This document shows positions 25,929-32,000 of a DNA stretch of 32,000 nt, in pieces. Within the stretch, counting starts at the first letter, position 1. The number at the start of each line of letters is the position of its first letter. The position numbers and the translations under genes are program-made. Under the pieces are notes generated by a model. It was not told the origin of the DNA. It ran no database searches and saw only the letters and a list, made by a program, of their open reading frames with translations. Origin of the DNA: Microcystis aeruginosa NIES-2549 (GTDB lineage: Bacteria; Cyanobacteriota; Cyanobacteriia; Cyanobacteriales; Microcystaceae); the NCBI RefSeq assembly GCF_000981785.2, contig NZ_CP011304.1:2400001-2432000 (forward strand). The letters are read 5' to 3'.

Positions 25929-26164
25929 AGCGATCGCACAACAGACTGCGATCGCTGCCCAGGTAATTCTCAACCCACCAAAGTTAGGATTGCTCATCCA
26001 AGAAATTAAATCTCTTGAGAAGCAATTACTGAGTTTGCGGGTTGAGAGTCGAAGTTATCCCTTAAATGAGCTAATCGCCTTTAGCTCGGCTTTTATGACG
26101 ATGAAAGCCATTGCCAGCAACTTAAATCAAATGAGTCAAGACTTACCTGCCTACACCCAATAGG
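25929..26164 (+). pseudogene. orphan duplicate of the FUSC gene 3' end (direct repeat copy 2)
   Basis: Encodes ...[74 protein letters not shown], matching the last ~87 aa of 20233..22464 minus 9 aa. Confidence 0.9.
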
Positions 26165-26166
26165 GG

Positions 26167-27021
26167 CTAAATCCCTTCTTTTCTGGCTAAAAGGACGGGA
26201 CAATTGACATTAACCCGCACATAATCCGAGAGGGAAGTACCGAGAAGGCGATCGAGATCTGGTAAACTCTTAGCCACGGAAGGACGGCGATCCGGCGAAC
26301 CCAACAGTAAGAGATCCACATTATAATCATCGACGAGTTTGCAGAGTTGTTCTCCCGGTTTACCCCCCGTCACCACGCAGCGATAGGGTATATTCATCCG
26401 TTTCGCTTTTGCCACTGCCGGCCCTATAATCGGGTTTTCTTCCATTTCTTTGGGGGAAGTGGGGGCAAATTCCGGTTTTAAGTCGGGGTTGACGCGGGCC
26501 AGAATTAACTCTGCTGAAGGATAATCCCGCAGGAGATAAATAGCCAGATCGAGAGCTAAATCAGCCGAACTAGACTTATCGAGAGCTACCATCACCTTTT
26601 TGATTTTTTTGACGTAAATATCGTCTTTTACCAATAACATCGGGTGATTAGTCAGTTGAAAGACGTATTGACTGACGGAATTTTCTAGAATTGCCTCCAG
26701 TCGCTTCAGTCCTCGGGAACCCATCAGGATCAAATCGGCCCCGATTTCGTCGGCAACTTGACAGACGGTATCTTTGGGATCTCCTTGCCGCAGAATCGTG
26801 GAGACTTTGCTGGGTTCAATTTTGACTTCTTGCAGGATTTTAGTCAGCATTTGGGTCCCTTCTTCCCATTTACTGGCCAGAGCTTCGGTGGTAATCTGAG
26901 GGGGAACAACCCGGAGAATGGTAATCGACGCTTTCCGGATAGCGGGGAGATCCATCAATGCTTGTAGCATTTCTTGGGTTTGACCTGTGCCGGAATCAGC
27001 GTATAGTATTTTCTCTAGCAT
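26167..27021 (-). CDS. universal stress protein, tandem UspA domains
   Basis: 284 aa with two Usp-like halves, each with G-x2-G-x9-G(S)-like motifs (LILMGSRGLKRLEAILENSVSQYV and LLLLGSPDRRPSV...LGTSLSDYV). Confidence 0.85.
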   Translation of the reverse strand: MLEKILYADSGTGQTQEMLQALMDLPAIRKASITILRVVPPQITTEALASKWEEGTQMLTKILQEVKIEPSKVSTILRQGDPKDTVCQVADEIGADLILMGSRGLKRLEAILENSVSQYVFQLTNHPMLLVKDDIYVKKIKKVMVALDKSSSADLALDLAIYLLRDYPSAELILARVNPDLKPEFAPTSPKEMEENPIIGPAVAKAKRMNIPYRCVVTGGKPGEQLCKLVDDYNVDLLLLGSPDRRPSVAKSLPDLDRLLGTSLSDYVRVNVNCPVLLARKEGI

Positions 27022-27130
27022 AAGATTAAACTCGGTCTATGATCTTAATAGTTTTCGCCAATTTTCAGCATACTGCTAATGTTGTTCCCGAAATTTAACA
27101 ACTTATTAAGCGCTTTTTCTTCGGTTAACG

Positions 27131-27160
27131 CGATGCCGAAGGCACTGCGTAGCAGCTCGC
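27131..27160 (-). repeat. isolated fragment of repeat module B
   Basis: gcgatgccgaaggcactgcgtagcagc is the reverse complement of gctgctacgcagtgccttcggcatcgc from 23915/24683. Confidence 0.75.
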
Positions 27161-27582
27161 ATTTGAGGTTGTTTTAAGTATTTATGCTTAATTGATTAGA
27201 AATACTTGGCTCAAAATCATCGGGTAAAGCGTTCATTTGTATTATATTTTGGATGCAATGCTGGCGCTCTCTTTTAATCACAGCTAAATCCGTTGAGTAT
27301 AGGCTACTTATAAGGACAGGCACTCATGCAAGAGGCAAGAGAGGGGGTATAGATAATCAGTCTTTAATAAACGGATTTAGTATCATTGCCGCTGCTCACC
27401 ATTAAATCGACCATTTCATTGATGATTAGAGTTCTTGCATAATTAATTTTTGAGAGTGCAAAAATGAGAAAAATAGACATAAAATTGCATAAAATCCCTA
27501 AATAGAGCATTTAATTGATTAATGCTCATTCTTAATTCTCCAGCAACCACAAGAATTTTTGATTTTTACAAGAGGTCTAGTT

Positions 27583-28560
27583 ATGTCTTTATCAATTCGA
27601 GTAATTCTCCTAGTAGCGACAACAGTTTATCAGACGTTATCTGTTTGGTTAGAAGAACAAAAAGCACCGCCGGGTAATTTGATTAATCTGGGTAAATATC
27701 GCCTGCATTTTTGTCTAGCAGGAGTAGCTAGTCCCACTATTATTATTGACCATAGTTTAGGAGGAATTGAGGGATATTTTTTGATAGAAGAATTGTCACA
27801 ATTAGCTAGGGTTTGTATTTATGATCGAGCGGGTTATGGTTGGAGCGATTCTAGTCCTTATCCCCGGACTAGCTACCAAATTGTTCAGGAATTAGATCAA
27901 TTACTAACCCAAGCAAAAATAGAACCGCCTTATATTTTAGTTGGTGATTCTTTTGGTAGTTATAATGTTCGACTGTATGCTCATCTGTTCCCAGAAAAAG
28001 TAGTAGGTTTGGTACTCACCGATGGTTTACACGACAAAGGAATGCTGAAAATGTCGCCAGCATTAAAGGCATTAAAATTATTTTTTATCTCCGGATTTTG
28101 GATGTCGATTATCGGCTCAATTTTAGGCATTATCCGAGTTTTGAGAGTTCTGGGAGTTTTTGAATTATTAAAACCAGAATTGCGTCGCTTTTCCCCAGAT
28201 TCTTGTCATCGAGTTAAGCGTTCTTTCTGTCGCGCTAAACACTGGATGACGATGAGTAGAGAAATGCTTAATCTCGACCAAAGCGCTCGTCAGGTGAGTG
28301 AGGCTAACAATTTCGGTAATTTACCGATAGTTAGTATTAAAGCTAATTCTTTTTTTAAACCTTCCCTTTGGACTCGGTTTATTCCCCTTAAAAGTGCCAA
28401 CCGACTCCGGGAGGAGATGCACCTGGAATTAGGCAAGTTATCCGGAGATTTTCTGCAAATACAAGCGGATAAAAGTTGCCATTTTGTCTGGATGGATCAA
28501 CCGGATGTGATCATCGATGCGGTCAGAATTGTGCTTGACAAAATTAACTCTATGTGCTAG
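27583..28560 (+). CDS. alpha/beta-fold hydrolase
   Basis: Nucleophile elbow GDSFGS (GxSxG), an HSLGG-type oxyanion region, and a late H in CHFVWMDQP. The first ATG is at 27583. Confidence 0.75.
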   Translation: MSLSIRVILLVATTVYQTLSVWLEEQKAPPGNLINLGKYRLHFCLAGVASPTIIIDHSLGGIEGYFLIEELSQLARVCIYDRAGYGWSDSSPYPRTSYQIVQELDQLLTQAKIEPPYILVGDSFGSYNVRLYAHLFPEKVVGLVLTDGLHDKGMLKMSPALKALKLFFISGFWMSIIGSILGIIRVLRVLGVFELLKPELRRFSPDSCHRVKRSFCRAKHWMTMSREMLNLDQSARQVSEANNFGNLPIVSIKANSFFKPSLWTRFIPLKSANRLREEMHLELGKLSGDFLQIQADKSCHFVWMDQPDVIIDAVRIVLDKINSMC

Positions 28561-28672
28561 GTAATAGGGTAAAATTAATTTCTTGGTTAGGATAGGCAAG
28601 AGGCAACAGGCAAGAGATAGTTAGATAAGTAGGTAGGCGTTAAAAATTATCAGACACCACCCTTATCAAGGG

Positions 28673-28698
28673 TAGGGTTGATTCATGAATCAACCCTA
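28673..28698. repeat. 26-bp perfect palindrome TAGGGTTGATTCATGAATCAACCCTA
   Basis: It is self-complementary, verified base by base, and is flanked by identical CCTTATCAAGGG at 28661-28672 and 28699-28710. Confidence 0.9.
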
Positions 28699-29105
28699 CC
28701 TTATCAAGGGGGGGCAGGGGGGATCGAACCTAAAATCCATTTTTAATTTAATTATAACCAGCTACTTATGTGTAATTAATTGTGTCTAGCTACTTAAGAA
28801 CTTGCCCTCAAAATTAATTTTTGATAATTTTAATTATAGCGTTTCCTAAGCTAGTGAGGTACACCTGTTTTTCTTCCCCTTTGCCTTTTGCCTCTTGCCT
28901 TTTGCCTAAAACCCATAACTTTTGTACCTCAGCAGACTGAAAAACGCTATAATATTGTGTCTCCCCACTCTCCTATACCTTTTAAACAGGATTTAGTATT
29001 ACAAGCGGTTTTATTAACCCGCAGCAGGGCAAGGGTTAAGGAGACTTAGGGATAATTCCCAGACCTGAACCCGGATTATTATTAATATTCTCAACCCTAA
29101 CTTTA

Positions 29106-29741
29106 CTAATTATTGAGGGTAATAATCTGGGCGCTAAAACCCTGTTTAGTTAACTCTTGTACCCGTTGTTTAGCTTGGTATTGTTGTTGAAATAACCCAA
29201 CTTGAATCACATTTTCTCCCGTACGGATAAATGCGAGGGGTTCAATTTCTTTAATTTTTGCCAACGCTTCCGCACTATTACTCCTAACTTCAACGCGAAA
29301 GAGTTGATTAGCGGCAATAACCCGCTGCTGTGGTGCGGGGGGTTTATTGGCGCGATTTTGAGGTCTGGGTGCTGGTGGATTGACAGTTTGACGATTACTA
29401 TTATTAATCACCGTAGCATCGGCAGGACGCACGGTAGCGGGAGCTTGAAAAACGTATTCTCTCAGGGGTTGATTACCAGAAACTGGGTCCGCCACCAGAG
29501 GACGAACTGAAGGAGAATTAACTGGGGGTAAATTTAAGGGTGGACATTGGGAACAATTAACAGCACTGGGACTGTCTGAACGTTTAGTTGGTTGTCTCAC
29601 CGCCGGCGGTGGAGGCAAACGACGACCGGGATAAAGATTCTGGGCAAAAGATAAGTTTGCTTTTAGCAGTAGCGTTCCTTGAGCGATTATCCCGACTTTT
29701 AACCAAAATAAAGCCGAGAAAAACAGTAGGTTTGTTCTCAT
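29106..29741 (-). CDS. exported Pro-rich protein with C-terminal SPOR-like domain
   Basis: Signal-like N-terminus, a P-rich linker, and a C-terminal ~70 aa (FRVEVRSNSAEALAKIKEIEP...VIQVGLFQQQYQAKQRVQELTKQGFSAQI) resembling SPOR peptidoglycan-binding repeats. Confidence 0.5.
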   Translation of the reverse strand: MRTNLLFFSALFWLKVGIIAQGTLLLKANLSFAQNLYPGRRLPPPPAVRQPTKRSDSPSAVNCSQCPPLNLPPVNSPSVRPLVADPVSGNQPLREYVFQAPATVRPADATVINNSNRQTVNPPAPRPQNRANKPPAPQQRVIAANQLFRVEVRSNSAEALAKIKEIEPLAFIRTGENVIQVGLFQQQYQAKQRVQELTKQGFSAQIITLNN

Positions 29742-29846
29742 TGTGCTGGTTTGTCCTCACAGGAAATTTGGGTACACCATGTCCAAATTTTAAAGGAGGA
29801 AATGCTAGTCTAGAAAGTATATTGGTTAAAAATCATTACAAGGTTT

Positions 29847-30935
29847 ATGGGAAAAGTTGTTGTCGGTCTATCGGGGGGAGTAGATAGCTCTGTCGCCGCT
29901 GCCGCCTTACACGCTCAAGGTTATGATGTTATTGGCTTGACCCTGTGGTTAATGAAGGGTAAAGGTCAATGCTGCTCCGAGGGAATGGTAGATGCGGCCT
30001 TTATTTGTGAGCAGTTGGGGGTTCCCCATCATATCGTCGATAGTCGCGAGCTTTTCCAAAAAGAAATTATTGATTATCTAGTTTCTGGTTACGAAGCGGG
30101 AATCACACCGCTGCCCTGTTCTCAGTGCAATAAAGCGGTAAAATTTAGCCCGATGCTGCATTATGCCAGGGAAACCTTGCAAACGGACACTATTGCCACT
30201 GGTCACTACGCTAGAATTCGTTTTTCTCCTGAAAATAACCGTTATCAACTGCTGCGCGCCGTCGATAAAAATAAAGATCAATCCTATTTTCTCTATGATC
30301 TAACTCAAGATGTATTGCGTCGGACTTTATTTCCCTTGGGCGAACAAACCAAGGCAGAAACCCGCAGGATTGCCCAGGAATTCGGCTTAAAAACGGCAGA
30401 TAAACCCGATAGTCAGGATTTATGCTTGATTGAAGCTCACGGAACTATGCGATCATTCTTGGATAAGTATATCGCCGTCAGTGAGGGCGATATCGTCGAT
30501 CTCGATGGCAAAGTTTTGGGTAAACATAGCGGTATCCATCATTATACGATCGGACAACGCAAAGGCATCGGCATCGCCGCCGCCGAACCCCTCTATGTGG
30601 TAAAACTCGATCCCGTCATGAATCGGGTTATCGTCGGTAATCGCGAAAGTGCCGTTAGTGCCGCTTGTCTTGTCGGACGGATGAACTGGGTTTCTATTGC
30701 TGAACCCACCACCCCTATCCGCGCTCAAGTACAGGTCCGTTATCGTTCTCCGGCCGTTCCCGTCAATGTTATTCCCCTAGAAAATGAGCAAGTGAAACTG
30801 GTTTTTGATCAACCACAATTTAGTATCACTCCGGGCCAGGCAGCCGTGATTTATGAAGGGGAAATCGTCCTCGGTGGGGGGATTATCTCAGGAGCCACCC
30901 CTAATGGAGAGCCACCAATTCACAGAATAACCTGA
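29847..30935 (+). CDS. mnmA: tRNA-specific 2-thiouridylase MnmA
   Basis: PP-loop [15 protein letters not shown]; catalytic Cys context CCSEG and DSQDLCLI; DQSYFLY. Confidence 0.93.
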   Translation: MGKVVVGLSGGVDSSVAAAALHAQGYDVIGLTLWLMKGKGQCCSEGMVDAAFICEQLGVPHHIVDSRELFQKEIIDYLVSGYEAGITPLPCSQCNKAVKFSPMLHYARETLQTDTIATGHYARIRFSPENNRYQLLRAVDKNKDQSYFLYDLTQDVLRRTLFPLGEQTKAETRRIAQEFGLKTADKPDSQDLCLIEAHGTMRSFLDKYIAVSEGDIVDLDGKVLGKHSGIHHYTIGQRKGIGIAAAEPLYVVKLDPVMNRVIVGNRESAVSAACLVGRMNWVSIAEPTTPIRAQVQVRYRSPAVPVNVIPLENEQVKLVFDQPQFSITPGQAAVIYEGEIVLGGGIISGATPNGEPPIHRIT

Positions 30936-30994
30936 TTATGGTTCGCGGGTCATTCTGCCAATTAGGGACTCTCCCCGGCAGGTTGAGCTAAAAA

Positions 30995-31747
30995 TTAACG
31001 ACGGGGTACAGAAGCCTCGATGTTAATATTCATAGCGGAGACTCTTGGTACAGGATTGCCTTTGGCGCTACCGAGACCCCGGGCCATAGCCAAGAAGCTG
31101 GAAGGATCGCCAGCTTTGGGTTTTTGCTCTTGGGGAACATAGCGACGGACAGCATTCTGCCAAACGATTTGGGGGAAGCCCAAAATACCACGATAGTAGC
31201 CATCGTAGCGAGGCGAGGTGATGTTGAATGGACGTTCACCGATTTCGCGGCTGGCTAGGGTGCGACGACGTTGGTAGGGAACGGTATCATAACCAAAGCT
31301 TTGCAGATACTCGTCACTGTTGAGAAGTTGATCGACAAAACCTTGAATGCCTTTGGTGGCAACGACAATCGACCAAGCAATTTTTTCTCTTTCGCTATAG
31401 ACATCGCGACCGAGAACTCTTTGTACTACCTGTTCGACAAAGCGATAGTTGCTGTTTTTCTCGTAGAAGCTGTTATAGAAGGTTTTCGATAACAGTAAAC
31501 CACGAATGAAATCCCGCACGGATAATTGTCCATTGCGTAATTGGGATTCGAGGAAGGGTTCCCGATCCCATTTGAAGGCATGGAAGAAAATCTGACGGTA
31601 AGCGGCTTCAATTAAATCGTTCAGGTCGCTAGGGGAGAGGACATTTTCCGTCGTGTAAACTCTCGGTTTTTCGTCTCCACCGACATCATAACCAGCTACC
31701 CGCACGTTTTGGGACTTGGGGGCGTAATTTAAAAGAGGAATGGCCAA
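30995..31747 (-). CDS. cpcG: phycobilisome rod-core linker polypeptide CpcG
   Basis: [21 protein letters not shown]-terminus and the PBS-linker domain [11 protein letters not shown]...[26 protein letters not shown]...[12 protein letters not shown]. Confidence 0.9.
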   Translation of the reverse strand: MAIPLLNYAPKSQNVRVAGYDVGGDEKPRVYTTENVLSPSDLNDLIEAAYRQIFFHAFKWDREPFLESQLRNGQLSVRDFIRGLLLSKTFYNSFYEKNSNYRFVEQVVQRVLGRDVYSEREKIAWSIVVATKGIQGFVDQLLNSDEYLQSFGYDTVPYQRRRTLASREIGERPFNITSPRYDGYYRGILGFPQIVWQNAVRRYVPQEQKPKAGDPSSFLAMARGLGSAKGNPVPRVSAMNINIEASVPRR

Positions 31748-31915
31748 GGGTAAACCTCCGTATCCTTAGAAATGCTTAAAAAACTTTCCTCCTAATGATA
31801 AGGGAGTAGGTGCCAACTAGAAAAGAAATATTAAAAATTCTTACAATTGTTAAGAAAAGTTGCTTACCATCCGGGGAGTGGGGGAGCGCCGGAGCAGGGA
31901 GAGGGGAGAAAAAAG

Positions 31916-31955
31916 CTGATGACTGATAACTGATAACTGATAACTGATAACTGAA
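31916..31955. repeat. heptanucleotide tandem repeat (CTGATAA)n, STRR-like
   Basis: ctgatga ctgataa ctgataa ctgataa ctgataa ctgaa, with period 7. Confidence 0.9.
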
Positions 31956-32000
31956 TTTACCAGCCACTAATCGAATAGGATGATGGTTCGGGGGAATCAC

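Noticed and set aside
28700-28740. A tRNA-like T-arm signature on the minus strand (ggttcgatccccc), suggesting a tRNA gene or att site.
   Set aside because: Only the TTCGATC loop motif is present. I could not fold a 5-bp T-stem, an acceptor stem or an anticodon arm around it. It is part of a G-run repeat context.
31776-32000. A 74-aa minus-strand ORF at the right edge.
   Set aside because: It reads through the heptamer tandem repeat (giving SYQLSVISYQ) and a G-rich tract upstream of cpcG. It is more likely non-coding promoter DNA.

Overview
This is a cyanobacterial chromosome segment. HIP1 octamers (GCGATCGC) occur throughout and chlI and cpcG are present. The heavy load of small repeats suggests a Microcystis-like organism, but that is inference only. 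The flanks are housekeeping: glyS, chlI, an ABC1 kinase, a CYP120-like P450, alr and mnmE on the left, and a tandem-Usp protein, an alpha/beta hydrolase, mnmA and cpcG on the right. The stretch from about 13.3 to 26.2 kb is accessory and mosaic. It contains: (1) an array of 8 near-identical 104-bp tandem repeats. (2) A disrupted NB-ARC/TPR STAND NTPase locus. Its upstream small gene starts with the same ~25-aa N-terminal module as the NTPase, a PD-(D/E)xK-like gene lies next to it, and a toxin-antitoxin cassette with a nonsense-mutated toxin sits between paralogous TPR gene ends. (3) An AaeXAB-like efflux set: a HlyD-type adaptor, an unlisted 58-aa Trp-rich membrane peptide, and a FUSC-family pump. 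(4) A ~3.5 kb decayed island bracketed by two copies of the FUSC gene 3' end. The island carries hicBA, a degraded aspartic-protease pair, a secreted Cys-rich ORF, a frameshifted and truncated integrase stub preceded by 40-bp-phased TTTCCGTATA sites, and many small inverted-repeat elements. Also present are a tandem pair of coiled-coil, C-terminally anchored small proteins differing by an 11-residue indel, and several miniature repeat families, including a 26-bp perfect palindrome flanked by 12-bp direct repeats. The best candidate for an undescribed system is the STAND locus at 15.2-17.8 kb. In this window it looks partly pseudogenised. All family assignments come from motif recognition by eye; no database search was possible.
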